DNA of 64,000 nucleotides. It comes from Basidiobolus meristosporus CBS 931.73 (lineage: Eukaryota > Fungi > Basidiobolomycota). A program made the position numbers and the translations under genes. The notes under the pieces were generated by a model, which was given only the letters and a program-made list of their open reading frames with translations, searched no databases and was not told where the DNA came from. This document shows, one piece after another, positions 1-11,489 of the stretch. Every line of letters starts with the position of its first letter. Position 1 is the stretch's first letter. Where the stretch lies: NCBI GenBank assembly GCA_002104905.1, contig MCFE01000149.1, forward strand, positions 62,001-126,000. The letters are read 5' to 3'.

Positions 1-101
1 ACACTCTGGGGCCAAGTTTAGGTCCGCTATGCCTCTCTGGCACGCAATGGCACTATTTGGCACTCATGGCTTAATGTGGCACTATCCAATGGAACAAGTC
101 T
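1..101. mobile_element. Right arm (partial, runs off window) of the fold-back MITE, inserted in a Gypsy RT
   Basis: Ends ...GGCACTATCCAATGGAACAAGTCT at 101, as the arms at 19849 and 37364 do; followed by AGT (ANT-type site), after which Gypsy RT resumes (VTSTGVTLDPKKV). Confidence 0.85.
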
Positions 102-2056
102 AGTGACTAGCACAGGAGTGACCTTAGACCCTAAGAAGGTTGAAGTTATCAAGAATTTGAAGCAGCCCCATAGCATATCAGAACTCAGATCATTCCTTGG
201 AATGTCATCCTATTATCAGAGATTTCTCAAATCCTTTGCAAGCATTGCAGCCTCTTTAACGGATATCCTCAAGAAAGACAACACCTACAAGTGGGACATA
301 GCCTGTGAGACTGCATTTCAGAAGCTCAAGAATGAACTTGCTAAGCTGCCAAGCTTAAGAGTACCTGACTTCAGAAAAGAGTTTATCCTGTGCACAGATG
401 CTTCAGATTATGCAGTGGTGGAGTACTAAGCCAACAACACGTGGGAAAGGACTACCCAGTTGCCTTTGAGTCCAAGAAACTGAACTCAGCAGAACAAAAC
501 TATCCTGAGCATGAGAAGGAGATGCTTGCTATAATCCACTGCCTGAAGACATGGAGATGCTATATTGAAGGAGTCAAATGTACTGTAAAGACTGATCATG
601 CTTCACTGAAGTATATATTTACTCAGAAGGTTCTATCCAGAAGAATGACAAGATGGAGTGAATACATTGAGCAATTTGACTTGGAGATTGTCTACTGCCC
701 TGGGAAAAACAACACGGTTGCTGATGCCTTATCAAGACTAGAACAAGTGGCACAACTCAACTTGGTGCATGATTCAGATTGGCCTAGCTTATTGCCACAA
801 TACTTGGAGGACCAAGCCATTCCTTATCAGGTGGATGAAGAGATAAAGAAGATAATCCAGGATGAAACCAGCAAGTTTGTTGTACAGGATGAAACACTCT
901 ACCAAATTGTTGATGGAAGCCCTTTTGCCTATTGTCCTATGTTGCTTGCCTGGATTTAATACATATGCTACACAGTGGATATGGACATCTTGGGATTGTA
1001 GGAACCTTTAGCCTTGTGAAAGCCAGAGCATAGTAGCCCAGAAGGACACAAGATATTGAGAAGCTAGTGAAAACATGCCCAAACTGCCAAATCAATCAAG
1101 GCCGGCCACAAAGAATTGCCAGACTCTTCCCTTTGGAGCCTGTAAGACCATTTGAGAGATGGGGAATTGACTTTATTGGAAGACTGCCAACCATCAGGAA
1201 ATGCAACCGTTGGATCCTAGTAGCAATTGACCATGCCACTAAATGGCCAGTTGCTAAAGCTGTACCAATAGCCAGTGAACAAGAAGTTGCAAGTTTCATT
1301 TACCATGAGATCCTGATGAAGTTTGGATACCCTGTGGAGATCTTATCTGATAGAGGAGCAGATTTTATGGCAAAGACACTAGAGGCTTACTTAGAAATGC
1401 AGCAGATTAAACACTTGAAAACCTTGGCATATCACCCCAGAACTAATGGAGTCACTGAATGCTTCAATGGATTATTTGGAAAAATGCTGACCAAGTATGC
1501 AAATGGTGCTGTCAGTAGATGGGATGAGTATATAGATCAAGCACTTTTTGCCTGCAGAGTTAGAGTGCACAACACTACCCAACAATCACCATTTTACTTA
1601 GTGTATGGATGTGAACCAAGGATTCCAGGAGATCTCACACAACCCAAGCTTACAGATGCCTTAGAAGATGAACTTAGTCAGCCCAGTAGACACCAGCAAT
1701 TGGAATAAAGACAACAAGAGGCACAGGCCAATAAGTATGTCAAAGTGCAAAAAAGATGAAGCAGAGATTTGATAAGACTATAGCACCAGAGGCATTGACA
1801 GTTGGCAACTTTGTATTGCTAAGAAACAACACTCAGAAGAAGTTTGAGCCTCAATGAACAGGACCATTCAAGATCATCAGAGAATGTCCATTTGCAACTT
1901 ACCAACTAGTGGATAAACAAGGGAATATCCAGGAAGATTTAGTTCATAGAGACAGACTCAAGCTTGCAAGACTTGCTGATAATACTGAACCATCAAGATA
2001 TTGGTATCACAAGAAAAGAGATTCAGGGGAACCCTCTCAACTTTAGTAGGAGAGAA
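102..2056 (+). pseudogene. Ty3/Gypsy (family G) pol remnant: RT C-terminus, RNase H, integrase; frameshifted
   Basis: ORFs 76-429, 390-959 and 1067-1708 carry LRSFLG, LCTDASDYA, YPVAFESKKL, EKEMLAI, TDHASL, NTVADALSR, WGIDFIG, ILSDRG and YHPRTNGVTE in RT-RH-IN order; PPT AGTAGGAGAGAA at 2045-2056; no chromodomain seen. Confidence 0.93.
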
Positions 2057-2425
2057 TGTTATGATCTGCAGCTTGAATGTTTAAGTTAGATCAGTTTTTA
2101 GTCAAATCAATTAGTTGTACGTTTAGGTTATCACTATATCAGTATTATCTATCAAATCAGTAGCATTAGTCAGCAAATGAATCAGCAGATTATTATAAAA
2201 CAGAAATAGATATATTAAGTAGGATCTTATTGGGTGATGACAATGCAATCAAATGAGTCATTAGCCACAACCTGCATTAGGTAATACAATTAGTCAGCAA
2301 TTGATCTGGCAAAATGTATATAACAATCTGCTGGAACCACAATAAAGATCAGTTCAAGTTTTAGTGAATACAATACTAGCTAAACTCCCTATTCTTCTAC
2401 AACTCTTATACCAAGACTTGTAACA
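2057..2425 (+). repeat. Gypsy family G 3' LTR (369 bp)
   Basis: TGTTA...TAACA termini directly after the PPT; homologous to 16054-16420, 21899-22219 and 25570-25937. Confidence 0.92.
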
Positions 2426-2427
2426 CA

Positions 2428-3700
2428 CAACAACAGTGCCCAAAGATAAAGCCCACAGAAAAACCTATCACAGCATGGGAGGGAGACAATGTGGTGTTTA
2501 CACCAAAGCCAAAAAATCAAAAGAGATTGAAGATCCATGAAGCCATTGAGTGCAATAATGAAGAGTGGGCTAATATACAAGAGGCTGTCAGAAGTCTAGC
2601 ACACCATCACCTTAAGGCCGGCATACCATGGGACCATCAGGAACTCAAGGCCAAGCAGAATGCACTTGACTTGCTCCATGAACATTATCCTGGATTCAAA
2701 TGGGCAAACGGATTTTGGGCAAGCATTGTTATGCTAAGAAAGTATTTTAAGAATAGCAGAAACTATCAAAGACAGAAAAACAAGGGTGCCATGGCTAAAA
2801 ACTAGCAGCTTCCTCAAGAGCCCGTTACAAGCAGGGCCAAAAGCTCCAGACAAGTGCTAAAGAGACGTCAGGCAGCTGGAAGAGTGCTAATTAAGGACAA
2901 GCAGGCAGACATGGATGCGCCAGCACAACATTTATCAAGGGAAAAGCATAGTACTACTCAAGAAGCACCCAGTCAAAGTAGCAGTGAAGGACCTGGCAGT
3001 TATAAAAACCAGCCGCTTTTACAGGAGCCTGTCACAACTACGGTTAAGAGCTCAAAACAAGCTGAAAAGAAACATCAGGTTGCCAGAAGAGTGCCAGCAA
3101 GGGACAATCAGGCCAAAATAGATGTGTCAAAGCAGAATTTATCCAGGAGAAAACGTAGTTGTTTACAAGAGGCACTCAGACAAAGTAGCAGTGAAAGACC
3201 TGGCAGTGATAAAGGAAATGGTAAAGGGAAAAATGCCCTCCTAAGCCTGAGACAGGGAGGCATGCAAAAAAAACTGCAGTTCTTGCCAATTGATGCTGCA
3301 AGCCAGGAACAGACTGAATCCCATCATAGCCAAGAAGAATTACCAACAAGAAAACAGCTGTTTGCACAAGAGTTGGAAGCGCAGCCAGTTGAGCTACACT
3401 CCAGCAAGGAAGATGAGTTTGCTGAAAAAGGCAATTTGTATACCACAGCCTCCACAGCCTCCATTGTTGACAGAGTGGATATCCCACTGACAGACAAGGC
3501 TACAACAACAAGAGCTCAAAAGACTATCATAATGCCTTCAGTGGAGCTTTGGAACATCAATAGGCACACCAATAGGTTGCAGCACTTCTTCAATAGCAGT
3601 GCTCAAGAAAATGCACTGGAATATTGAAAGGATTTATTGCAAAGACTGGCAGATGAGGAGCTAGACCTTGCAGTGCCAGCTGAAGACCAGGATGTGTAGG
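2428..3700 (+). pseudogene. Unknown ORF (over 380 codons, one nonsense codon) with an N-terminal helical domain and two internal ~68-aa repeats; probably a transposon accessory gene
   Basis: ORFs 2491-2805 and 2854-3627 are in the same frame; the TAG at 2803-2805 aligns with CAG in the second internal repeat (KN*QLPQEPVT vs KNQPLLQEPVT). Confidence 0.5.
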
Positions 3701-3939
3701 AATCAGTGAATGAACAGTGGCATAAAGCCGTTGGGTTCCTGCCAAAGTTGTGGAACCAGAGCGTTACAGCAGAAATACTTATTGAGTGGTGGATTTTAAT
3801 GGAGTTACTTGTTGAGTGTGGGGTAGGGCTTAATGTTAGTGTAGGGTATAAAGACTGGTATAGGTCAATACAATTGGAAATTGAGGTACAACTGAAGTTT
3901 CAACAGAAAAAATCAATTTGTACACATGAAAAGTAAGAG

Positions 3940-4242
3940 AAATGGTTGAGTTAGGAAGTAAGGAGTGTGAAAAAGAGGCAATAGCCAATCAATTCACACA
4001 AATGTAGGAGGCAATAGAGTGTCTGGGATTAGAAGGTGAACAAATTGGCACGGAACCAATCAAAAGCCACTTATACATTGTTGTGATGAAAAATTTTGAC
4101 TAACTTTTTTGTGAAATCTGGGGTGCAATTATTTTTCAACGGTCTCTGGACGGAGTCCTGACAAGATCAGTACCTCTCAGTCACGGGACATTAACTTTGT
4201 GACGACCTTTTGACGGGATCATCTCAATATTCTTTCATAAGG
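3940..4242. repeat. ~300-bp dispersed repeat ending in a ...TTTCATA(A/G)GG terminus (copy at 39645-39937)
   Basis: Direct similarity to 39645-39937 (AAAAAGAGGCAATAGCCAAT...GATAGAGTGTCTGGGAT...GGGTGCAATTATTTTT...GGATCATC); contains short repeated TGAC/GGA motifs. Confidence 0.65.
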
Positions 4243-4249
4243 TACTGAC

Positions 4250-6141
4250 AGTGGTTCAGAGACTTGTGTTATGCCGCTAGACATCTGTTAGACACTTAGA
4301 AGCAAGGAGCTACTGCCTGTTGATAGAGATATTGAATAGACCATGACTGATGAAAACTCAGGATCTAGTCCACTCTAAGGTGTAGTGCACAAGTTCCCAT
4401 CTGAGGTACAAGGAATCAAGGCCTGGCTTCCCCTCCTTATCAGCCAGAAGGCAAACCTTGACCTTCAGCTAGGCAGACCATGGGAGACCAGTACTATGGC
4501 TACAACTACCAGTTTTTCCAATAGGTCAGTGTGGTACACTTTACAAGGATCAAATCTAGGGCTACAGTCAACATTCTGTGGTGTAACACCCAAGAATAAG
4601 AGGACACATACTGCTTGCCAGAAGAAACATAATGTTATGGAAGAAGATGAGGAGCCTGACAATATACACCCCAACATTTGGAGCTGCTTGTTAGGTATAC
4701 AGGAGCTGATGGCTATGGTTCAAACAAAATACAAGACAGTAGAACCAATGATTAGACCTTCACCTACACCTTTGACTGATGGATCTTGACCTGCAGATTA
4801 CATCAGACAACCAGAAGAAACACCAGAGGATATACAACTTACACCTGAGCAACTTAAGCAACTTATCACTGGTGATGGAAACCTAACACCGGAGGAGATC
4901 TTATTATTTGAAGAAACCAAGAAAAGACATGATAAGGTTTTCTCATATAATGACAAGGAGATGGGGCTCTCAAAGACATTGGCTGAAAAACCCATCAAAC
5001 CTTGCAATGGACCTTATGTGAACAGATGGATTGAGACCAAAAAGAAGAATGGAAAGCTGTGATTCATTCAAGACATGCAACCTGCAAATGCTGACACTAT
5101 CAGAGATGCTGCTATACCTCCATCTATTGATGACTCTGCAGAAAGCTGTAGTGGCCACTCCATCCACTCAACATAAAATCTCCATTCAGGATATGACCAG
5201 GTCCCCTTGATGAGACATCAAGAGATATGTTTGCACTCCAGACACCATTTGGACTGTTAAGGAAGACAAGACTCAGGCAAGGGGCTACAAGCTCTGTGGC
5301 TCAGTTCCAGAGATACATGGTAATGTGCTGTACTAGTTTATACCTGAGAAACTTGCTGTATTTGTTGATGACATAGGCATCAATGGACCAAAATTCCTGG
5401 ACACCATTGAAGTTATGCCCGGAGTAAGAAAGTTTGTCTATAACCATATTTCAGACAATGATGCCATATTAGGAGCCATTCAAGAAGCTGGACCTATCAT
5501 CAGTGGTGAGAAAAGCAGCTTTGGATCCCAAGATTTTCTGAGATAGCCAAACCAATCTTCCAACTACTGAGAAAGAATGCCCATTTATCTGGGGAGATGA
5601 ACAAGAAGAAGCCATACAATGACCAAAAGGGGCCTTAGTATTGCCACCAGTTCTAAGACCTCTTGACTATCAGAATACTTAATGCCCCCTATATTGACAG
5701 TGAATGCAACCCCTATAGGAGCTGGAGCACTACTTTGCCAAGATGATGAAGATGGCAACCACTTTGTCTGCAGATATGAAAGCTGCTTACTCTCTCCCAG
5801 AGAATGAAGATACTCACAGATTAAAAGAGAGCAAGTAGGAGTTGTGAAGATGCTGAGGAAACTGAAGTCACAACTTTACATGGCACATCTCATCCTGGAG
5901 ACAGATGCCAAGCCACTTATAGGAATGACCAACAAGCCTGATCTACCTGATGATCCCACAAACCTATGGATGGCATGTCTGAAAATGTTTGACTTTGAGG
6001 TTAGACATATCCCTGGCAAGACAAATGTTATGTCTGATGCACTCTCCAGGAAGGGACCACAATTATTTGATGACTTGACACTGACTTTGATGGTATGATT
6101 GATGCAGAGATCCAACAGATTGCCATCAAAGACCAAGAGAG
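4250..6141 (+). pseudogene. Second Ty3/Gypsy family (family C): protease-RT-RNase H remnant, 5' of the Copia insertion
   Basis: DLQLGRPWE (protease end); degraded RT; RNase H LTVNATPIGAGALLCQ...RYES...ILETDAKPLIG...FDFEVRHIPGKTNVMSDALSR; many stops. Confidence 0.8.
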
Positions 6142-6504
6142 TGTTGCAATTTAAGAAGTGATTTGGATGTAAAGAACTTTTCAAGAAATAGTGATAATAG
6201 TTGAACTGTTGTTTATTCATAAAGAAGCTCAGTATTTATACCTTTGTAGAAGTAATACAGCTGCAACACTAAGTAGGGAGGGTTTCTCAATATTCAGGGG
6301 CATTCTGTAACAGTTTCAGGGTTAGTACATAATGTTTGGTAATAGTGCTAATTTGATCCTGACTATAGGGGAATAATCATAAGATCATATATCTGGAGAA
6401 AGTGGCAAAGTTAAGGCAGTAAATGAGTCCTACACTGACTAAGACTAGCCTAGAATTGTTAAGTAAATTTTTAGCTGCTGAATGATACCAAATAGTCCAA
6501 TATT

Positions 6505-9500
6505 TCAACACTCCCCCTCAACTAAATAATTTCTTAATCCCAATTTCTCTCTAAGGATCTCAAACTGTGGCCTAGCTAGTGGTTTTGTCAATATATCTGC
6601 CACCATTTTGTCAGTTGGGCAGTAAACCAGCTCTACTAAGTTATTTTCTACAGCTTCCCTCACAAAGTGATGCTGTATATCAATGTGCTTAGTTCTGGCA
6701 TGATTAGTAGGATTTCTAGCTAATGAAATACAACTTTGATTATCCTTGTAAATACATGTTGGTTCACCTGAATTAAAACCTAAGTCTTTGAATAATTTTC
6801 GTAGCCATATAGCCTCCTTAGTTGCTTGACATGCAGCCATATATTTGGCTTCAGTTGTAGATAGTGCCACAGTTGGTTGTTTCTTGCAATTCCAAGTAAT
6901 AGCTGCACCAGCATAAAGAAATACATAGCCTGTGGTAGAGCGTCTGTCAATCAGATCTCTACCCCAATCTGAATCACTATAACCAGCAAATTTTCGCCTA
7001 TTAGCTGCTCCAGAGTATTCCAGTACCATATTTATGGTACCTTGTAGATATCTGAAAATCCGCTTAACTGCTGCAATTTGATCTGATCCATAATTCTGCA
7101 TGAATTGACTGACTATTCCTACTGCTACTGCAATATCTGGACGTTTAGACACCATCAAGTACATTAGGCTACCAACCATTGATTGATAGGGAAAGTTTTG
7201 GTCCATATTTGAGCCGTTTGCATCCATAACTGGCTGAGATTTGCTTAATTTCAGGTTATTGTCCACAGGGGTTGCTGCAGGCTTGCAATTTTCCATTTTG
7301 AAGCGTCTAAGAATGTCCCTGATGTACTTAGACTGATTCAGCACAATTTTCTGCGTAGGTATGTCAAATTTGACCTCAATTCCAAGAAAATAGCTCAATT
7401 TTCCAAGATCTTTCATCTCAGACTTGCTGAAGAGATCTGATTTCGTCTGTTTAAGTGCCTCTTGATCACTTGTAGCTATAATTAGGTCGTCCACATAAAG
7501 AACTAGGATGATCACACCCTTTTTGAGCTGTTTCACATATATACTGTGATCTGCAGTGCTACGAGAGAACCCAATTTCCTCTAGATATGTGTCAATCTTG
7601 TTATACCATGCTCTGGGTGCCTGCTTAAGCCCATACAATGATTTTCTAAGTTTGCACACCTTATGGGGGCTTTTTGGATCGGTAAAACCTTCTGGTTGCT
7701 CCATATATATAGTTTCTTGCAAATCCCCATTTAGAAAGGCTGTTTTGACGTCCATTTGGTGTAGATCTAGACTGTGTACAGCTGCCAGGGCTAGAACTGT
7801 CCTAATAGAGTTAAACTTGGCAACCGGAGCAAATGTTTCCTTAAAGTCTAGTCCCTGGATCTGGGAATAGCCTTTAGCTACCAATCTAGCCTTGTACTTA
7901 TCAACGGCACCATTTGAGGTTATCTTGATCTTGTAGACCCATCTACATCCTATTGGCTTTCTCCCATTTGGTAAATCTACCAGTTCCCACGTTTTTGCCT
8001 TGATCAGTGATTGGTACTCCTCGTGCATGGCTTGTTGCCACGTAGTAGCATCTGGACCTTGCATTGCCTGTTCCAGATTCTGAGGTTTGGCACATAAGGT
8101 AAGATAAGCTTCTTCATGATCATTGGATGTCTGCCACCAGGATCCAGGGGCATTTCTTATTCTGGTAGATCTCCTAACTGGGATAATCTGTTCTGATCTG
8201 GAACTGGTAGAAGTATCTTCCATCTCTGGCTGGATTTGGTACGTATCTTCTTCATTTGTGTTGATTGCATCATCAGGCAGCTGGCCAATGATTTCTGTGG
8301 CTTTCTGATCTGAATTCTCCTCAAATACAACGTCCCTGCTCTTGATCAGCATCTGAATTTTGCCATCATACACTCTATATCCTTTAGTATCTTCACAATA
8401 CCCAAGAAAGATCCCTTTTCTACTCTTTGGTTCCAACTTTGGGCATTTTTTGTCAGGGATGTGATAAAAAACATCACTGCCAAAGATCCTGAGGTGCTGG
8501 AGATCTGATTTTTTGCCTGTATATGCTTCAAAGGGTGTAGAATCACGTAGTGCTGTTGTTGGGCATCTGTTCTTGATGTATACAGCGGTAGCAACAGATT
8601 CAGCCCAAAACTTGTAGTCCATTCCCTTATCATGTAGCATAGATCTTGCCATCTCTACTATTGTTGTATTTGCACGTTCTGCTACTCCATTTTGCTGTGG
8701 AGTATGAGGAACTGTGGTCTGTTGAAGTATACCAGTAGACAAGCAGTATTTTGCAAACTCCTTTGAGCAGTATTCTCCTCCATTGTCACTTCGTAGTACC
8801 TTCAATTTACACCCAGTTTGTGTTTCTGCCATGTTCTTGAAGTGCTTAAACGTCTCTAAAGCTTCATCCTTTGTTTTGAGGAAGTACACCCATGTATATC
8901 TTGTCTTGTCATCAATAAACGTCATAAAGTATCTCTTGGCTCCAAAGGACAGTGTTCTCATGGGGCCACATATGTCTGAGTGTACAATAGCCAATATTCC
9001 GGTGGTATTGATGCCTTCTGAGCTCTTGAAACGTTGCCTAGCTTGTTTGCCATATGAACATCCCTTACAAACATTCAATTTGATCGGAATTGAGTATTTT
9101 AGGCCCAAAACAAGCTGATTTTTCACCAATTGGCTCATTTTCTGTTCCCCTATGTGTCCTAGCCTCCTATGCCACATCTCCCAGTTGGTTTCATCAGTTT
9201 CAGCAATGTTGACATACTCTGGTACAATGATCTTGCATTGTAACTTGTATATATTGTGATCTCTGATTCCCGAAGCTAATTTTTGTCCATTTTCACTCAA
9301 TATTGAGCAGCTTGGCTTAGTAAAAACGAATTTCAGTCCCTGAGTAGTTGCTTTACTGACTGAGAGTAGGTTCTTAGCTATTCCAGGTACATAGAGTACG
9401 TCAGTCAGTTTTGCTGTTGTTGCCCCTGAGTTATCACTCATATTTAGTTGTATAGACCCACTAGCGGTAGCTTCCAATGCAGAGTTATCTCCCAGATAAA

Positions 9501-10422
9501 CCTTTCTTACGGGAATAGTCTTTAAGTTGCTGAACCAATCCTTTATACCACAAATATGCTGTGATGCTCCAGAGTCAATATACCATTCATTACTTCGGTT
9601 ACTTGCACTCTCTTGTACAGTGACAAATAACTGTTCATCAGTAGCTATATGGTTTGCCTGCTCTAGTTTCTGTTTTTCGTCTGCTTGTTTCTTCTTGCAT
9701 TCTCTTGCCCAGTGTCCTGGCTTCTTACAGTAGTTACAGCAGCCAGGTTTTCTTCGGTTTTGTTGCTTTCCCTTCTTTTCTGTATGCCTTTCTGAACTGA
9801 ATAAAGCATTATCTTCAATTTTCTCTGCTTGATCATTACGTCTGAGTTCTTCATGGAGAAGTCTTCCTTTGACATAGTCTAAAGTCAAGTTGTCTTCTCT
9901 GCTTTCAAAAGAAAGTATGAGTGGCTCATACTCGTCTGGTAGGCTGCAAAGCAGACAGAGTATCTTTTCTTCATCATCTACACCAGCATTAATACTGTAA
10001 AGTTCTTCTGCAAGTGTCTCCATTCTGGTAATGAGTTGTAGCATGTCATCATCTGGCTTTTTTCTCATGTTGAAGAACTTTTGTTTCAAATAAAGCTTGC
10101 TTGATACTGACTTTGCTCTAAAGATCTTCTCTAAGGATTCCCATGCTGCTTTGGCAGTATTTGAGGCATGGATTTGTCCAATGAAGGAGTCTTGCACATT
10201 GATGCATATTGCATTGAAGGCCTTTCTCTCCTTCTCTTGAAACTTCTCCACATCTTCTGCTGTTCCTTTGGGCTCAACTTCCTTTCCTGTTACTATGTTC
10301 CAAAGCTTTCTTTCCTCAAGGTGGATCTGCATCTTGATTCTCCAAAGTCTGTAGTTCTTCCCATCAAACCTCTCCTTTACTGGGAAGATGTTGGTATTGC
10401 TTTGTTTGCTGGTAGAAGTCAT
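6505..10422 (-). CDS. Copia Gag-Pol polyprotein (1305 aa): Gag-CCHC, protease, integrase, RT, RNase H
   Basis: FDGKNYRLW (Gag N-terminus), CNYCKKPGHWAREC, WYIDSGAS, WHRRLGH, HSDICGP/SDNGGEY/NGVAER, LYVDD, GYSDSDW, ADILTK; stop codon lies inside the 3' LTR (EGEC*). Confidence 0.98.
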   Translation of the reverse strand: MTSTSKQSNTNIFPVKERFDGKNYRLWRIKMQIHLEERKLWNIVTGKEVEPKGTAEDVEKFQEKERKAFNAICINVQDSFIGQIHASNTAKAAWESLEKIFRAKSVSSKLYLKQKFFNMRKKPDDDMLQLITRMETLAEELYSINAGVDDEEKILCLLCSLPDEYEPLILSFESREDNLTLDYVKGRLLHEELRRNDQAEKIEDNALFSSERHTEKKGKQQNRRKPGCCNYCKKPGHWARECKKKQADEKQKLEQANHIATDEQLFVTVQESASNRSNEWYIDSGASQHICGIKDWFSNLKTIPVRKVYLGDNSALEATASGSIQLNMSDNSGATTAKLTDVLYVPGIAKNLLSVSKATTQGLKFVFTKPSCSILSENGQKLASGIRDHNIYKLQCKIIVPEYVNIAETDETNWEMWHRRLGHIGEQKMSQLVKNQLVLGLKYSIPIKLNVCKGCSYGKQARQRFKSSEGINTTGILAIVHSDICGPMRTLSFGAKRYFMTFIDDKTRYTWVYFLKTKDEALETFKHFKNMAETQTGCKLKVLRSDNGGEYCSKEFAKYCLSTGILQQTTVPHTPQQNGVAERANTTIVEMARSMLHDKGMDYKFWAESVATAVYIKNRCPTTALRDSTPFEAYTGKKSDLQHLRIFGSDVFYHIPDKKCPKLEPKSRKGIFLGYCEDTKGYRVYDGKIQMLIKSRDVVFEENSDQKATEIIGQLPDDAINTNEEDTYQIQPEMEDTSTSSRSEQIIPVRRSTRIRNAPGSWWQTSNDHEEAYLTLCAKPQNLEQAMQGPDATTWQQAMHEEYQSLIKAKTWELVDLPNGRKPIGCRWVYKIKITSNGAVDKYKARLVAKGYSQIQGLDFKETFAPVAKFNSIRTVLALAAVHSLDLHQMDVKTAFLNGDLQETIYMEQPEGFTDPKSPHKVCKLRKSLYGLKQAPRAWYNKIDTYLEEIGFSRSTADHSIYVKQLKKGVIILVLYVDDLIIATSDQEALKQTKSDLFSKSEMKDLGKLSYFLGIEVKFDIPTQKIVLNQSKYIRDILRRFKMENCKPAATPVDNNLKLSKSQPVMDANGSNMDQNFPYQSMVGSLMYLMVSKRPDIAVAVGIVSQFMQNYGSDQIAAVKRIFRYLQGTINMVLEYSGAANRRKFAGYSDSDWGRDLIDRRSTTGYVFLYAGAAITWNCKKQPTVALSTTEAKYMAACQATKEAIWLRKLFKDLGFNSGEPTCIYKDNQSCISLARNPTNHARTKHIDIQHHFVREAVENNLVELVYCPTDKMVADILTKPLARPQFEILREKLGLRNYLVEGEC
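6511..6519 (-). promoter_or_regulatory. Polypurine tract of Copia A
   Basis: Plus-strand CTCCCCCTC = minus-strand GAGGGGGAG abutting the 3' LTR. Confidence 0.9.
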
Positions 10423-10446
10423 CTTTAGAATAGATTAAGGCAATTG

Positions 10447-10458
10447 GGGCTCATAACC
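10447..10458 (-). promoter_or_regulatory. Primer-binding site GGTTATGAGCCC, complementary to the anticodon arm of tRNAiMet (Hemivirus type)
   Basis: Immediately adjacent to the 5' LTR; plus strand reads GGGCTCATAACC, matching the yeast initiator tRNA-Met anticodon stem-loop as used by Ty5. Confidence 0.88.
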
Positions 10459-10827
10459 TGTTGCAATTTAAGAAGTGATTTGGATGTAAAGAACTTATCA
10501 AGAAATAGTGATAATAGTTGAACTGTTGTTTATTCATAAAGAAGCTCAGTATTTATACCTTTGTAGAAGTAATACAGCTGCAACACTAAGTAGGGAGGGT
10601 TTCTCAATATTCAGGAGCATTCTGTAACAGTTTCAGGGTTAGTACATAATGTTTGGTAATAGTGCTAATTTGATCCTGACTATAGGGGAATAATCATAAG
10701 ATCATATATCTGGAGAAAGTGGCGAAGTTAAGGCAGTAAATGAGTCCTACACTGACTAAGACTAGCCTAGAATTGTTAAGTAAATTTTTAGCTGCTGAAT
10801 GATACCAAATAGTCCAATATTTCAACA

Positions 10828-11305
10828 GAGAGAACTACCTGGATCCTGATCAAGGAATATCCAAGGACACTCAAGAAACCTAGTTGAATGCAAATTCAGG
10901 AGTTTAGGAAACTCAGAAAGAAGGCACACCACTACTACCTCAAGGATGATCTTCTCTTTAAACAAGTGAAGCCTGGACTTATGCCAAGGAGAGTAGTCAC
11001 TACCCCACAAGATCAAATGAATATTATAGCAAGTATCCACTAAGGAGAGCCAGGAGGACATAGAGGACAAGAAGCCACCTATAAAACCACAGCTCAGAGG
11101 TACAGCTGGGAAAACATGTACTATAGTATCCAACACTTTGTTGAGTCATGTGCAGCCTGCCAGAAGAGATCCTCCAAGCAATGAAGAACCACTGCATCCT
11201 ACTTACACAATCTGTCTATGGCAAAAGGTTGGTATTGACCTTGTCCACATGCCAACAGCTGGATCATAAAAGTACCTGATTGCTGCTAGAAATGACCTTA
11301 GTGGC
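10828..11305 (+). pseudogene. Gypsy family C integrase remnant (continuation after the Copia insertion)
   Basis: HHCC zinc finger GHRGQEATYKTTAQRYSWENMYYSIQHFVESCAACQ followed by KVGIDLVHMP. Confidence 0.8.
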
Positions 11306-11317
11306 TCAATAGTTTTC

Positions 11318-11480
11318 CCTTGATAAGCTTGTGGCTTTATTCCCCATCACATTAGATTAGAGACAGAACCCAGGTATTCCTAGCAAGCTTTTGCCAGTGG
11401 TTATTGCACCCAGTGAACACCCCACACACAAAACACTTGAGAAGTACTGGACATATCTCTTGTTTGGACTTATACTCCAC
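11318..11480. repeat. ~165-bp dispersed repeat (copy at 32549-32715, inside the PHIS element)
   Basis: Near-identical GCTCAATAGTTTTCCCTTGA...ACAGAACCC...CACCCCACACACAAAACACTTGAGAAGT at both sites. Confidence 0.75.
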
Positions 11481-11489
11481 GATAGTGCT

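Larger units (their letters stand above)
6142..10827 (-). mobile_element. Full-length Ty1/Copia LTR retrotransposon (family A), 4686 bp, recent insertion
   Basis: Two 369-bp LTRs (6142-6510, 10459-10827) differing at 3 positions by eye; TG...CA ends; 5-bp TSD GAGAG (6137-6141, 10828-10832); PBS and PPT present; single open gag-pol. Confidence 0.98.

Noticed and set aside
2057-6510. Gypsy G and Copia A LTRs are both 369 bp long
   Set aside because: No sequence similarity between them in either orientation by eye; treated as coincidence.
7556-10428. Several plus-strand ORFs overlapping the Copia polyprotein
   Set aside because: Antisense shadows of a long coding frame; no motifs.
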